A stretch of 64,000 nt of DNA from an uncultured Eubacteriales bacterium (GCA_900549955.1 URQH01000004.1:5121-69120), one strand, 5' to 3'. Shown: positions 1 through 10,523, numbered from the stretch's first letter. The notes: generated by a model not told the origin, from the sequence alone. A program made the numbers and translations.

Positions 1-296
1 TGAAGGATCCCCGTCTGTCGAACATGACGACGATCACCGGCGTGGAGATCACCCGCGACTTGAAATACGCCAAGGTACGCGTGTCCGTGTATGACAGGCA
101 GGAGCAGGTGCGGCATGAGACGGTTGAGGCGCTCAATCACGCCGCCGGGTTCGTGGCCCGCGAGGTGGGGCAGCGCATGCTGATCCGCCGCGTGCCCGCG
201 CTTCGGTTTTTGCTCGACGATTCCATCGCCTACAGCGTACACATTTCCGAGATACTGAACGAGCTGCAAAAGGAGAGGAAGCCTGAGGATGATTGA
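1..296 (+). CDS. rbfA: ribosome-binding factor A (5' end outside window)
   Basis: In-frame codons KDPRLSN continue upstream of the listed Met to the window edge. TGVEITRDLKYAKVRVSV matches the RbfA core. Confidence 0.9.
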   Translation, partial: KDPRLSNMTTITGVEITRDLKYAKVRVSVYDRQEQVRHETVEALNHAAGFVAREVGQRMLIRRVPALRFLLDDSIAYSVHISEILNELQKERKPEDD

Positions 297-1251
297 CCGG
301 GCGGTTCGTTTCCTGCAGGAGCAGGACGATCTGACGCTGATAGCCCACATTTCGCCGGATGGGGACACGCTGGGTTCCTCTTTGGCGCTCATGCGCGCGC
401 TGCGCCAACTGGGCAAGCGTGTGCAGGTCGTGTGTGCCAACCCGGTACCGGCGACGTATCGCTTCTGTCCCCATGCGGAGGAAGTGTTGTTGCCGGATGC
501 GGCGCGCCAGACCGATGCGGTGGTGACGGTTGACTGTGCGGACAAGCTGCGCACCGGGGCCTGCGCGACGCTGCTTGAACGGGCGCGTAATACGCTCAAC
601 ATCGATCACCACGGCACTAACCATGGCTTTGCCCAGGAAAACTGGGTGGAACATGCGGGTGCGACGGGCGAGCTGATCTATCGCATTCTCGTGCGGCTCG
701 GCGTAAAGCCCGATGTGGAAACGGCGTCGCTGCTGTATGTGGCGCTGGCTTCGGATACCGGCAATTTTTCGTATTCCAACACCACGCCGGATACCTTTCG
801 CATTACGGCGGACTTGCTGGAATGCGGCATCGACCTGCCGGAGCTGAACCGCCGGCTGTTTCGGACCATCCCGTTTCGCAAACTGTTGTTGCAGGCGCGT
901 GCCTTTGCAGGCTGCCAACTGTATGAGGACGAGCGCATTGCCATATCGGCGCTTACACGGCAAGACTTGGCCGCGTGCGGCGCTGTACCCGACGATGCCG
1001 AGGGGTTGATTGACAGCCTGCGCGACATTGAAACGGTGGAGATTGCCGCGGTGCTGCGCGAACAGCTGGATGGTCGCATTCACGTCAGTCTCCGTGGCAA
1101 ACGCGTGGCCGATGTCAGCCAGGTGGCGCTGCGGTTTGGCGGCGGCGGGCATCGACTTGCTGCCGGCTGCGTCATCGCACTGCCGCTGCGCGCGGCGGTG
1201 GACGCCGTGCTGGACGCGGCGCGCGAGGTGTTGTTGCAGGGTGAGACTTGA
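289..1251 (+). CDS. nrnA: DHH/DHHA1 phosphoesterase, NrnA-type oligoribonuclease/pAp phosphatase
   Basis: Has DHH motifs (SPDGDTLGS, NIDHHGTN) and the DHHA1 motif GGGGH. Overlaps the rbfA stop by 8 nt. Confidence 0.9.
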   Translation: MIDRAVRFLQEQDDLTLIAHISPDGDTLGSSLALMRALRQLGKRVQVVCANPVPATYRFCPHAEEVLLPDAARQTDAVVTVDCADKLRTGACATLLERARNTLNIDHHGTNHGFAQENWVEHAGATGELIYRILVRLGVKPDVETASLLYVALASDTGNFSYSNTTPDTFRITADLLECGIDLPELNRRLFRTIPFRKLLLQARAFAGCQLYEDERIAISALTRQDLAACGAVPDDAEGLIDSLRDIETVEIAAVLREQLDGRIHVSLRGKRVADVSQVALRFGGGGHRLAAGCVIALPLRAAVDAVLDAAREVLLQGET

Positions 1252-2129
1252 TGGACGGCGTCGTAGTGCTGCTCAAGCCGCCGGGCATGTCTTCCAGCAA
1301 CGCGGTCTATGACGTTCGGCGTATTTTTTCTGAAAAGCGCGCGGGGCACACGGGAACCCTGGATCCGGGTGCGGCAGGCGTGTTGCCCATCTGCCTTGGC
1401 CGTGCGACCCGGCTGTTCGATTTTTTTGTCGAAAAGGAAAAGACCTATGTGGCCGAGCTCGCCTTTGGTGCGGAGACCGATACGCAAGATGCGTATGGAA
1501 CCGTACAGGCACGGTCGGATACTGTCGTTGCGCGCGAGAAGCTGGTTGCCGTGTTGCCGCAGTTTTGCGGCGAAATTACCCAGGTCGCCCCGGCCTACTC
1601 TGCGCTCAAGGTGGATGGCCGCAAGATGTACGACCTGGCGCGTGCGGGTGAAGCGGTGCCGGAGCGGCTGCGAACGACGTTTGTAGGGGAAATTGAGATA
1701 CTGGAAGAGCCTGCGCCCAACCGCTTTTTGTTGCGGGTGCGCTGCTCTCGCGGCACCTATGTGCGTACGCTCTGCGCGGATATTGGCCGGGCAGTCGGCG
1801 TTCCGGCGCATATGGCCTTTTTGCTTCGGACGAATTCGGGCCCGTTTTGCGTACAGCAGTCGTGGACGGTGGCGGAGCTTGAGACCATGCGCGAGGCGGG
1901 CACGCTGGATCGGGCTGTGCTGACCTGCGAAGAGACGCTTGGCTTTTTGCCTCCGTTGGAACTGGGCGCACACAGAAGAACGCCCTCGATGAACGGATTG
2001 CCTACGGGCACAAGCGCGCCGGATGGCGCCGTGCGCCTGTATGCGGGCGGCATGTTTTTGGGGGTTGGCCGTGTCTTGCAGGGAGAAGCCCGGCTTGCGG
2101 TACATCTGTATCAGAATGGAGAAGCATGA
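1251..2129 (+). CDS. truB: tRNA pseudouridine(55) synthase
   Basis: Contains KPPGMSS and GHTGTLDPGAAGVLPICLGRATR. The ATG at 1251 shares a base with the nrnA stop (TGATG); the track start at 1248 is a TTG. Confidence 0.93.
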   Translation: MDGVVVLLKPPGMSSSNAVYDVRRIFSEKRAGHTGTLDPGAAGVLPICLGRATRLFDFFVEKEKTYVAELAFGAETDTQDAYGTVQARSDTVVAREKLVAVLPQFCGEITQVAPAYSALKVDGRKMYDLARAGEAVPERLRTTFVGEIEILEEPAPNRFLLRVRCSRGTYVRTLCADIGRAVGVPAHMAFLLRTNSGPFCVQQSWTVAELETMREAGTLDRAVLTCEETLGFLPPLELGAHRRTPSMNGLPTGTSAPDGAVRLYAGGMFLGVGRVLQGEARLAVHLYQNGEA

Positions 2130-3025
2130 CGAAGGGTAGGGAAAGGGCGGTTGTTGCCCTTGGTATGTTTGATGGCGTCCATGTGGGGCATCAGCGCCTT
2201 TTGGACGTCGCGCAGCAGGAGGCTGCCAGGCTGCGAGCCGTCGCGGCGGTATACACGTTTTCCAACCATCCGCTTTCCGTGCTGGGCGGTACGCCCCGGC
2301 TGTTGACGGATGCGCAGACCCGCCGTGCGTTACTGCTGGCCGGTGGCGTTGCCGAGGTCGTGATGACCCCGTTTGACCTGGCGCTGGCGCGCAGCACGCC
2401 GGAGGCATTTCTCGAGCGGCTTGCGGCGCAGTGGGAACTGGCTGGTGTGGTGGCTGGCTATAACTATACCTTTGGGGATCGTGCAAGCGGCACAGCAGAT
2501 ACGCTGCGCAAGCTTGGACGGGAGCATGGCTTTGCCGTGTTCATTGTGCCGCCCGTGTTGCTGGATGGGACACCTGTCTCCAGCACGCGTATCCGCAGGC
2601 TGATTGAAGAAGCGGGCGATGTTACGACAGCCGGGAAGCTGCTGGGCAGGCCATACCGCCTGTCCGGCGACGTGATTGCTAACCGGCAGAACGGAAGACG
2701 GTTCGGGTATCCGACTGCAAACATTGCCGTGCAACCGGACGCCGTGCTGCCGCTTACCGGGGTTTATGCTACCCGCGCGCATGCGGGGCAGCGGAGCTGG
2801 GTAGCGGTGACCAACGTTGGCACAAACCCCACGGTGCACGGCGATCACGTGAGCGTGGAAACGCATCTGCTCGACTTTGCCGGCGACCTGTATGGGCAGC
2901 GACTGTCGGTCGATTTTTATGAAAGGTTGCGGGGCGAGTTTGCCTTTGAAAGCGAGCGGGCGCTCGTCGCGCGCATTGCAAAGGATGTTGAAACGGCGCG
3001 CCAACTTTTGGAAAACCGCGCTTGA
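2126..3025 (+). CDS. ribF: bifunctional riboflavin kinase / FAD synthetase
   Basis: Has GMFDGVHVGHQ (FAD synthetase) and a C-terminal GYPTANI riboflavin kinase motif. ATGA overlap with truB. Confidence 0.93.
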   Translation: MTKGRERAVVALGMFDGVHVGHQRLLDVAQQEAARLRAVAAVYTFSNHPLSVLGGTPRLLTDAQTRRALLLAGGVAEVVMTPFDLALARSTPEAFLERLAAQWELAGVVAGYNYTFGDRASGTADTLRKLGREHGFAVFIVPPVLLDGTPVSSTRIRRLIEEAGDVTTAGKLLGRPYRLSGDVIANRQNGRRFGYPTANIAVQPDAVLPLTGVYATRAHAGQRSWVAVTNVGTNPTVHGDHVSVETHLLDFAGDLYGQRLSVDFYERLRGEFAFESERALVARIAKDVETARQLLENRA

Positions 3026-3042
3026 AAACTTGCATTTGCCTG

Positions 3043-3071
3043 TTTACAAGGCGAGGCAGATGTGGTAAAAT
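3043..3071 (+). promoter_or_regulatory. sigma-A type promoter for rpsO
   Basis: TTTACA, 17-nt spacer, TAAAAT, with TGg immediately upstream (extended -10). Lies ~90 nt upstream of the rpsO ATG. Confidence 0.6.
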
Positions 3072-3161
3072 ATGAAGAACTTTGAACCGGCTACATGGTT
3101 TTGCGATTCTCCGACGCATTACTCTGTTGCCGGGGATACAGAAATAATGGAGGATACCACA

Positions 3162-3416
3162 ATGACCAAACAGGAAATCATCGAAAAGTATGCCTTGCAC
3201 GAGGGCGACACCGGTTCTCCCGAGGTGCAGATCGCGCTGCTCACCGAGCGCATCAACCACCTGAACGAGCACCTCAAGCTGCATAAGAAGGATCACCATT
3301 CCCGTCGCGGCCTGCTCAAGATGGTCGGTCAGCGCAGAGGCCTTTTGAACTATCTGAAGGAAAAGGACATCGAGCGCTACAGAGCGATCCTTGCAAGCTT
3401 GAACCTCAGAAAGTAA
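3162..3416 (+). CDS. rpsO: 30S ribosomal protein S15
   Basis: [10 protein letters not shown]...[51 protein letters not shown] lies 8 nt upstream of the ATG at 3162. The track ORF start at 3072 is an upstream extension. Confidence 0.95.
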   Translation: MTKQEIIEKYALHEGDTGSPEVQIALLTERINHLNEHLKLHKKDHHSRRGLLKMVGQRRGLLNYLKEKDIERYRAILASLNLRK

Positions 3417-3423
3417 AGAAATG

Positions 3424-3455
3424 GGCGGGGCTTGAACCCGCCTTTCTTTTATTTT
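3424..3455 (+). terminator. rho-independent terminator after rpsO
   Basis: GGCGGG / CCCGCC stem with a 7-nt loop, followed by TTTCTTTTATTTT. Confidence 0.7.
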
Positions 3456-3531
3456 CTTCGTTTGAGCATTCGCTCTGTGAAATGGGAAGTTTTGAAAGAA
3501 GATAAAGGAAAAGAAGGAGCAAAAAAGAGAG

Positions 3532-5628
3532 ATGCAAAGGACATTCGAAGTGGAAATCGGCGGCCGCAAGTGGACCGTCGAGACCGGCAAATATGCCGAG
3601 CAGGCCGGCGGTTCCTGCCTCGTGCGCTGCGGAGACACCGCGGTGCTCGTGTGTGCGACCGTGGCCAAGGCTCCGCGTGACGGCGTGGACTTTCTGCCGC
3701 TGAGCGTGGAGTTTGAAGAGAAGCTGTATTCCGTGGGCAAGATCCCCGGCGGTTTCATCAAGCGGGAGGGCCGCCCGTCTGAAAAGGCGGTGTTGACGGC
3801 CCGGCTCATCGACCGGCCGCTCCGTCCGCTGTTCCCGAAGGGGTTCTATAACGACGTGCAGGTGATCGCCACGGTCCTGTCGGTTGAGCAGGACATTGCG
3901 CCGGATGTCGTTGCCATGAACGGTTCGTCGATCGCACTGTCCATCAGCAATGCGCCGTTTGCCGGCCCGACCGGCGCGGTGAGCGTGGCGCTCGTGGATG
4001 GCGAGTACATCCTCAACCCCAATTGCGAGCAGCGTGAAAAGAGCCGCCTCAGCCTGACGGTGGCCGGCACGCGCGATGCGGTCATGATGGTCGAGGCCGG
4101 CGCCAAAGAGGTGACGGAGGAGGAGATGCTCGGCGCGATCCTGTTTGCGCATGAAGAGATCAAGAAGATCGTCGCCTTTATCGAGGGGATTCAGGCGGAA
4201 ATCGGCAAGCCCAAGATGCAAGTGGAGATCCACCATCCTGACGAGAAGCTCACCGAAGAGGTGCGCGCCTATGCGTTTGAGAAGGTGGAGTGGGCGCTCG
4301 ATACATTCGACCGCTATGAGCGCGAGGCGCGCAGCCAGCAGGTGAAGGAGGAGACCATTGCGGCGTTTGCCGAGTCCTACCCAGACTCTGCCAAGGATGT
4401 GGACGCCATTCTGTACAACATCACAAAGGAAATCGTCCGCGACAAGATCATCAATCGCCACATCCGCCCGGATGGTCGCGCATTGGACGAGATCCGCCCC
4501 ATCTGGTGCGAGGTCGGCATTCTGGGCCGTACGCACGGCAGCGCGGTGTTCACCCGCGGCCAGACACAGGTCTTGACCGTGGCGACGCTCGGCACCATCC
4601 GTGAGGCGCAGATCCTCGACGGCATTGGCCTTGAGGACAGCAAGCGCTATATGCACCAGTACAACATGCCGCCGTACAGCGTCGGCGAGACGCGTCCCAT
4701 GCGCAGCCCAGGCCGCCGCGAAATCGGCCACGGCGCGCTGGCGGAGCGCGCGCTGGAGCCCATGCTGCCTTCCGAGGCGGAGTTCCCGTACTGCATGCGC
4801 CTCGTGTCCGAGGTCATCAGCTCCAACGGTTCCACGTCCCAGGCTTCGATCTGCGCGAGCACGCTGGCGCTGATGGATGCGGGCGTGCCGATTAAAAAGC
4901 CCGTTGCCGGCGTGGCCATGGGCCTGATCAAGGACGATGCGAACGGCAATATCGCCATCATGACCGACATCCAGGGTCTTGAGGATTTCCTGGGTGATAT
5001 GGACTTCAAGGTGGCCGGTACGCGCGAGGGCATCACGGCCATTCAGATGGACATCAAGATCAAGGGCATCGACCGTGAGATCCTGACGCGTGCGCTGGAG
5101 CAGGCGCGCAAGGGCCGCCTGTTCATCCTCGATCGCATGATGGAGACGATCTCCGAGCCGCGCGCTGAGTTGTCGCCCTATGCGCCGCGCATTCTGTCGT
5201 TTACGATCCATCCGGACAAGATCCGCGACGTCATCGGCAGCGGCGGAAAGACGATCAACAAGATCATCGCGGACACCGGCGTCAAGATCGACATCGAGGA
5301 CGACGGCACCGTGTTCATCGCGTCGCCGGATGCTGCGGCGGCAGCGGAGGCCAAGCGCATCATTGACGGCATCGTGAAGGATATCGAGATTGGCGACGTG
5401 TATCTCGGCACCGTGGTCAACATCCAGAAATTCGGCGCGTTTGTCAACCTGACGCCCGGCAAGGACGGCTTGCTGCATATTTCGCGCCTTGCCAACAAGC
5501 GCGTGGATAAGGTGGAGGACGTCGTACAGCTGGGCGACCAGATTCTCGTGCGCGTCATCGACATCGACAAGCAGACCGGCAAGATCAGCCTGACCCGCAA
5601 GGATCTGCTGCCGGCGGATCAGCAGTAA
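3532..5628 (+). CDS. pnp: polyribonucleotide nucleotidyltransferase (PNPase)
   Basis: 698 aa with two RNase PH domains, a KH domain and a C-terminal S1 domain ([20 protein letters not shown]). Canonical position after rpsO. Confidence 0.97.
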   Translation: MQRTFEVEIGGRKWTVETGKYAEQAGGSCLVRCGDTAVLVCATVAKAPRDGVDFLPLSVEFEEKLYSVGKIPGGFIKREGRPSEKAVLTARLIDRPLRPLFPKGFYNDVQVIATVLSVEQDIAPDVVAMNGSSIALSISNAPFAGPTGAVSVALVDGEYILNPNCEQREKSRLSLTVAGTRDAVMMVEAGAKEVTEEEMLGAILFAHEEIKKIVAFIEGIQAEIGKPKMQVEIHHPDEKLTEEVRAYAFEKVEWALDTFDRYEREARSQQVKEETIAAFAESYPDSAKDVDAILYNITKEIVRDKIINRHIRPDGRALDEIRPIWCEVGILGRTHGSAVFTRGQTQVLTVATLGTIREAQILDGIGLEDSKRYMHQYNMPPYSVGETRPMRSPGRREIGHGALAERALEPMLPSEAEFPYCMRLVSEVISSNGSTSQASICASTLALMDAGVPIKKPVAGVAMGLIKDDANGNIAIMTDIQGLEDFLGDMDFKVAGTREGITAIQMDIKIKGIDREILTRALEQARKGRLFILDRMMETISEPRAELSPYAPRILSFTIHPDKIRDVIGSGGKTINKIIADTGVKIDIEDDGTVFIASPDAAAAAEAKRIIDGIVKDIEIGDVYLGTVVNIQKFGAFVNLTPGKDGLLHISRLANKRVDKVEDVVQLGDQILVRVIDIDKQTGKISLTRKDLLPADQQ

Positions 5629-5648
5629 TTACAAAAGCGTCCCAAGGG

Positions 5649-5677
5649 AGGCGCAGCCCCATGCTGCGCCTCTTTGC
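5649..5677 (+). terminator. hairpin terminator after pnp
   Basis: 9-bp stem AGGCGCAGC / GCTGCGCCT with a 5-nt loop, then CTTTGCAT (weak U tract). Confidence 0.5.
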
Positions 5678-5732
5678 ATAACCGAACAGCCCGGCGAATA
5701 CGTTAGAGCATACCAAAGCTTTGGAGGTGCGT

Positions 5733-6434
5733 ATGAACCGGGAGCGCAATGTGGACGGGCTGATGAACGCGGTCAACGTGTTCATCATTTTGATCATTGT
5801 ATTGCTGTATGTGGTAACGGGTACCGGCCTTGGTGACGACGCCATTGCCGCGCTTTCGTCGGATACCGTGTACCGGGGTAGCGGGCAGGGCCTGGTGGCG
5901 CTGGAGTGCGCAGTCAGCTGGAACGCCGAGGCGCTGCCGGACATGCTCGACCTGCTCAGCGAGCGCGATGTGCAAATGACGTTTTTCGTCAGCGGAGAGT
6001 GGGCGCGGGTCAACGGCTCCATGTTGCGTCGCATGGTGGAGGACGGCCATGAAATCGGCACCATGGGCTACCTGCCCATGCTCGACGGCGACGAGTCGCT
6101 CATCCGGTCCGATCTGCAGGCGTCGACAGCCGTCATTGCTTCCGCAACAGGGGTGGAACCGACCTATTACTATTCCGGCCTGCGGGATCGCTCCGTGTCG
6201 CTCCGCGCGGCGGATGCGCTTGGCATGACCCACATCATGTGTTCGAGCGACCTGCTCAGCGCGCGCGGCGACGCCGTGGATATCGCTACGCGTGCATCGG
6301 AGCATGTGTTTGATGGAAGTATAGTACTGTTCCAACCGACGGGCGCCGCGCTGGAGGCGCTGCCCACGATTCTCGATGCAATCACGGAACAGGGCTACCG
6401 GGTGACGACCGTCGGCAACGTATTGAAGCAGTGA
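5733..6434 (+). CDS. polysaccharide deacetylase family protein (YlxY-like, sporulation-associated position)
   Basis: N-terminal TM followed by a NodB-type domain (FFVSGEWA...DGHEIGTMGY). The pnp-deacetylase-M16 order matches B. subtilis pnpA-ylxY-mlpA. The ATG at 5733 follows GGAGG; the track start at 5721 is a TTG. Confidence 0.8.
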   Translation: MNRERNVDGLMNAVNVFIILIIVLLYVVTGTGLGDDAIAALSSDTVYRGSGQGLVALECAVSWNAEALPDMLDLLSERDVQMTFFVSGEWARVNGSMLRRMVEDGHEIGTMGYLPMLDGDESLIRSDLQASTAVIASATGVEPTYYYSGLRDRSVSLRAADALGMTHIMCSSDLLSARGDAVDIATRASEHVFDGSIVLFQPTGAALEALPTILDAITEQGYRVTTVGNVLKQ

Positions 6435-6444
6435 GGAGAGCGCA

Positions 6445-7704
6445 ATGACAATCATTCGGGAACTGAAAAACGGCGTACGGGTTGCAATGGAACGGATGGA
6501 TCATGTCCGTTCCGTTTCCATAGGCATTTGGGTCAATACCGGCTCAGTCCGCGAGGGCGATGACGAAGGCGGCGCGTCGCACTTCATCGAACACATGGCC
6601 TTCAAGGGGACGCCTACGCGCACGGCAGAGCAGATTGCGGCGGAGATGGATGCCATTGGCGGCAGCCTGAACGCCTTTACGTCTAAGGAGTGCACTTGCT
6701 TCTATGCAAAAGTGCTGGACGAGCATTTGCCCATTGCAGTGGATCTGTTGTCCGATATCACGTTCCATTCGACGTTCGAGGCGGAAGAACTCGAGCGGGA
6801 AAAGCGCGTGATCGTTGAGGAGATCCTGATGACGGAGGATACGCCCGAAGATTTGACGGCGGAACGGGCCAACGCGTTGTTTTTCCAGCAGGACCCATTG
6901 GCTAGGCCGATCCTGGGCACGCGCGAGAGCGTGACGGCGTTTGACCGCGAGCGGCTGCTGGGCTATCGTACGGCGCACTATACGCCGCGCAACACCGTGG
7001 TCGCCTGTGCGGGGCACTTTGAAGAAGAGACGCTGCTCAAGCTGCTCGAGGACAAGCTCGATCTTGCGGCGTCGGATCTGGCTGCCGCCCCACTTCGGCA
7101 GGCCTATCCGGGCGGCGCCCGCGCAGAGTGTGTGCAAAAGGACATCGAGCAGGTACACCTGACGCTGATGTTCCCTGGCTTTGCGCGCGATGCGGCCGGG
7201 CAGTATCCGCTGGCAATTTTGTCGAACATCATCGGCGGCAGCATGAGCTCCCGCCTGTTCCAGAGCATCCGCGAACAGCGAGGCCTGGCCTATTCGGTCT
7301 ATTCCTATCCGGTTTTCTATGCGTCGACCGGCACGTTTGCGCTGTATGCCGGTACGGGCGAGGCGCAGGCCGTGGAGGTGGTGAAACTGATGCGGGAGGA
7401 GCTGGCGCGCCTGCGTAGCGACGGCGTGACCCCGGAGGAGTTCGACCGGTGTAAGGCGCAGCTCAAGGGCAGCTATCTGTTGGGACTGGAAGGGAGCGGC
7501 GCGCGCATGAACGTCATCGGCAAGGTCGCCTTGTTACAAAACCGTGAATATCGGGAAGAGGATACCCTAAACCGCATTGCCTGTGTTACAATAAAGGATG
7601 TGGAAGACATGATTCCGACCGTTTTGGACGAGTCGCAGATGTGCGCCTCCTTTGTCGGGCGTGTCGAGCATCAGCGCGATGCGCTATTGCAGTCGCTTAA
7701 GTAA
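6445..7704 (+). CDS. M16 family (pitrilysin/insulinase-like) zinc peptidase
   Basis: Contains the HxxEH zinc motif in HFIEHMAFKGT. 419 aa, in the YmxG/MlpA-like position. Confidence 0.9.
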   Translation: MTIIRELKNGVRVAMERMDHVRSVSIGIWVNTGSVREGDDEGGASHFIEHMAFKGTPTRTAEQIAAEMDAIGGSLNAFTSKECTCFYAKVLDEHLPIAVDLLSDITFHSTFEAEELEREKRVIVEEILMTEDTPEDLTAERANALFFQQDPLARPILGTRESVTAFDRERLLGYRTAHYTPRNTVVACAGHFEEETLLKLLEDKLDLAASDLAAAPLRQAYPGGARAECVQKDIEQVHLTLMFPGFARDAAGQYPLAILSNIIGGSMSSRLFQSIREQRGLAYSVYSYPVFYASTGTFALYAGTGEAQAVEVVKLMREELARLRSDGVTPEEFDRCKAQLKGSYLLGLEGSGARMNVIGKVALLQNREYREEDTLNRIACVTIKDVEDMIPTVLDESQMCASFVGRVEHQRDALLQSLK

Positions 7705-7732
7705 GCCGGCGATGCCGGGTAGGGGGGAGGCA

Positions 7733-8095
7733 ATGACCATGGACAAGCTGGAACGGATTTTTGCGATGCAGCAGGCGCTCAATGACGATATCCAAACGCG
7801 CCGCCATCTCAATTTTACGCAGGAGGAATGGCTCCAGAAGACGATCCTGGCGACGATATCCGAGCTGGCCGAGGTGCTGGACGAGACCAATTTTAAATGG
7901 TGGAAAAACCATCAGCCGATTGACGAGCAGGCGCTCAAAGGAGAGCTTGTGGACGTGTTGCACTTTTTTATCAGCCTGTGCCTGCGCAGCGGCATGGACG
8001 CGGACGAGCTGTACCGCCTGTATTGTGAAAAGAACCGGGAGAACTTCGACAGGCAATACGGCCGTTCGGAGAAAAAGGGATACGAGGTCGAATAG
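7733..8095 (+). CDS. all-alpha (dimeric type) dUTPase family protein
   Basis: WLQKTILATISELAEVLDETNFKWWKN...ELVDVLHFFISL is typical of dUTPase_2 / MazG-like NTP pyrophosphatases. GGGGGGAGG lies upstream of the ATG at 7733. Confidence 0.75.
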   Translation: MTMDKLERIFAMQQALNDDIQTRRHLNFTQEEWLQKTILATISELAEVLDETNFKWWKNHQPIDEQALKGELVDVLHFFISLCLRSGMDADELYRLYCEKNRENFDRQYGRSEKKGYEVE

Positions 8096-8097
8096 AG

Positions 8098-9294
8098 ATG
8101 GCCAGACAGCGCGTTCGCCTGCGCGGCAGGTTTTTCCTGATTTTATTTGGCATGATGGGTTTTGTGGCCCTTGGGATTGTGCTTCTTACCGGCAGCGGCG
8201 GCACGGCCGAAGCGCGGTACGGCGATGTAACGGGCACGATTGACATGACCGCTGCGATCATTCGCGACGAGTCCACCGTTTCGACAGACCGGTATGAAAA
8301 GATCATCTTTTCCGTGGTAGAGGGGCAGTCGGTTGCCAACGGCGCACAGATCGCCCAGGTGTTCCGCCTGGGCTACCAGGATGAGAGCACCGTGACGCTG
8401 CTGCGTCTGCAACGGGAGATCTATGAATACCAGAAGAGCATGATCGGTGCGGACGCAGCTACGGGGCTTGCCGACATTGAAACGCGCATTGCCGATCTGG
8501 AAGCGCAAATTCGGGATGCGGCGCGCGGGGACAGCGACGCCGACATGCTGCAGCTGGAGCAGTCGCTCAAGAGCTTGCAGACTGAACGGGCTACCTATTT
8601 GCAGAACAATGTCCAGGCGGACGCCACGTTGACGTCTCTCTACAGTAGCCTGGCAGAGCAGGAAAACGCGCTTTCCAACTGGACGCGCAATATCGTCAAT
8701 TCCGCGGGTAACGGTGTGGTGAGCTTTTATTTTGACGGGTACGAACGCGTGCTCAACGCTTCACAGATCGATACCATCAACGCCGCGCTGATCAACAGCG
8801 TGGTCAGGGGCGGCAACACGGCAAGCAGCCTCTCTACTACAACGTCTGAAACGCCGCTTTACCGGCTTGTGCAGAACACACACTGGTATATCGCGTTTGT
8901 AACGCGTGCAGACGAGCCGATGCGCACGACGGCGGGGGAACAGTATTACGTTGTATTTGACGATTATTCCACGTTGACGTACCAGGGCACGGCGCTGGCG
9001 CCCATTGTGACGGAATCCAGTGTGGTGAACATTCTGGAATTTAATGTGGATATTGGCGACCTGCTTGACATCCGCACGGTCAACGCCATCGTTACCAAGT
9101 CTGCGCAGGGCGTGATGGTGCCAGTGGACGCCATCGCCTATGAAGCAGGCATCCCATCCGTCGAGGTGCAGAGCGGGGAGGCCACCTATCGCGTGACAGT
9201 CAACATTCTGGCGGCGGACGAGGACAACGCCGTTGTCGCCCCGGTCAACGCCAGCGACACGCTCATTTCGGGACAGAGGATTATCAAGCCATGA
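8098..9294 (+). CDS. HlyD-like membrane-fusion / coiled-coil membrane protein
   Basis: N-terminal TM (FFLILFGMMGFVALGIVLL), a central coiled-coil region, and a beta-rich C-terminus. Family call rests on architecture only. Confidence 0.55.
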   Translation: MARQRVRLRGRFFLILFGMMGFVALGIVLLTGSGGTAEARYGDVTGTIDMTAAIIRDESTVSTDRYEKIIFSVVEGQSVANGAQIAQVFRLGYQDESTVTLLRLQREIYEYQKSMIGADAATGLADIETRIADLEAQIRDAARGDSDADMLQLEQSLKSLQTERATYLQNNVQADATLTSLYSSLAEQENALSNWTRNIVNSAGNGVVSFYFDGYERVLNASQIDTINAALINSVVRGGNTASSLSTTTSETPLYRLVQNTHWYIAFVTRADEPMRTTAGEQYYVVFDDYSTLTYQGTALAPIVTESSVVNILEFNVDIGDLLDIRTVNAIVTKSAQGVMVPVDAIAYEAGIPSVEVQSGEATYRVTVNILAADEDNAVVAPVNASDTLISGQRIIKP

Positions 9295-9980
9295 GTACCA
9301 TCGTAGAAAATCTGCAACAGGTGCGCGAGAGAATGGAAGCGGCCTGCGCCGCGGCTGGACGCAGTGCGGATGCGGTTCGACTGATTGCCGTAACCAAGTT
9401 TGTCGATGTCGCCCGTATTGAAGAGGCGGTCGCCGCAGGCGTGCGCGAGGTGGGGGAAAATCGCGCGCAGGAGCTAACGGAAAAGTTAACTTTTTTTGAA
9501 CAGCATGGATGCGACGTTCATTTCATTGGACAACTACAAACGAATAAGATAAAATACGTTTGTGGCGCTGTTAAGCTGATTCATTCCGTGGATCGTCTGC
9601 CGCTTGCGCAGCAGCTGCAACGCCGTGCCGCGTCGCTTGGGCTGGTGCAGGATGTCCTGCTGCAGGTCAACGTGGGCGACGAAGCGCAAAAGGGTGGAGC
9701 AGCGGTGGATGCGCTGCTGCCCCTGCTCGAGTCCGTGGCGCAGTTGCCCAATTTGTGTGTGCGCGGCCTGATGTGCGTACCGCCGGCGCTGCCGCCGGAG
9801 CAGGCACGCGCGTATTTTGCCTCCCTGCGCGAGCTGCTGTTTACCGCGCACAACCGGTTTCCCGAATTGCCGCTTACGGAATTGTCCATGGGCATGACAC
9901 ACGATTTTGAAGCGGCCATTTTGGAAGGAGCTACCATGGTGCGCGTTGGCACAGGGATTTTTGGCGCACGGAGGACATAA
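9291..9980 (+). CDS. yggS: YggS-family pyridoxal-phosphate homeostasis protein
   Basis: VRLIAVTKFV (PLP lysine), HFIGQLQTNK, SMGMTHDFEAAI. ATGA overlap with the upstream gene. Confidence 0.92.
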   Translation: MSTIVENLQQVRERMEAACAAAGRSADAVRLIAVTKFVDVARIEEAVAAGVREVGENRAQELTEKLTFFEQHGCDVHFIGQLQTNKIKYVCGAVKLIHSVDRLPLAQQLQRRAASLGLVQDVLLQVNVGDEAQKGGAAVDALLPLLESVAQLPNLCVRGLMCVPPALPPEQARAYFASLRELLFTAHNRFPELPLTELSMGMTHDFEAAILEGATMVRVGTGIFGARRT

Positions 9981-10043
9981 CACCTGGTCACAATTCTGCC
10001 GGTGCAGAATTTTCGATGGATATTTTTGATCGGAGGAGTCTGG

Positions 10044-10523
10044 ATGGCGAGCCTGTACAACAAGTTTTTGGATTTTATCGGCATTGAAGAGACGGACGAT
10101 ATCGACGAAGAAGATTCGTACTATCGGGACGAGCCTCCGGCCCGTCGTGGCAACGACAACGTCGTCAATTTCAACAACCGGTCGTCTGCCGCGCAAGCGC
10201 CCGCACGCCGCGGGCATGAGCGCGCATCGCAGCAGCCGGCTGGTGGCGGCCTGCCGGTGTCCGGCGGCATGAAGATGATCGTCTATCATCCCGTCAGCTA
10301 TGAAGATACGCAGAACATCATAGACAACATCAAAAACCGAAAGCCGGTCATCGTCAACATGGAAGAGCTGGAGATCGATTGCGCACAGCGCATTCTGGAT
10401 TTTCTCTCCGGCGCCGTCTATGCGCTCAATGGCACCATGTCGAAGATTTCCCGGGGCATCTTTGTCGTTGCGCCCAATAATTATGACGTGGTGGGCAACG
10501 GCGAAGATGAGTACGACATGTAA
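10044..10523 (+). CDS. sepF: cell division protein SepF
   Basis: MASLYNKFLDFIG... and a C-terminal SepF domain (VSYEDTQNIIDNIKNRKPVIVNMEEL...FLSGAVYALNG). GGAGGA lies upstream of the ATG at 10044. Confidence 0.9.
   Translation: MASLYNKFLDFIGIEETDDIDEEDSYYRDEPPARRGNDNVVNFNNRSSAAQAPARRGHERASQQPAGGGLPVSGGMKMIVYHPVSYEDTQNIIDNIKNRKPVIVNMEELEIDCAQRILDFLSGAVYALNGTMSKISRGIFVVAPNNYDVVGNGEDEYDM

Noticed and set aside
3406-5478. A 690-aa minus-strand ORF antisense to pnp. Similar long antisense ORFs occur at 133-1152, 1080-2486, 9534-10826, 17340-18191, 24334-26124, 27330-28658, 30544-31950, 32444-33544, 33692-34792, 37355-39061, 40343-41680 and 59261-60721.
   Set aside because: Each lies fully inside a well-supported plus-strand gene with strong family motifs. 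The translations are Arg/Ala/Gly/His-rich with no recognisable domains. This is typical of stop-codon-poor shadow frames in high-GC DNA.
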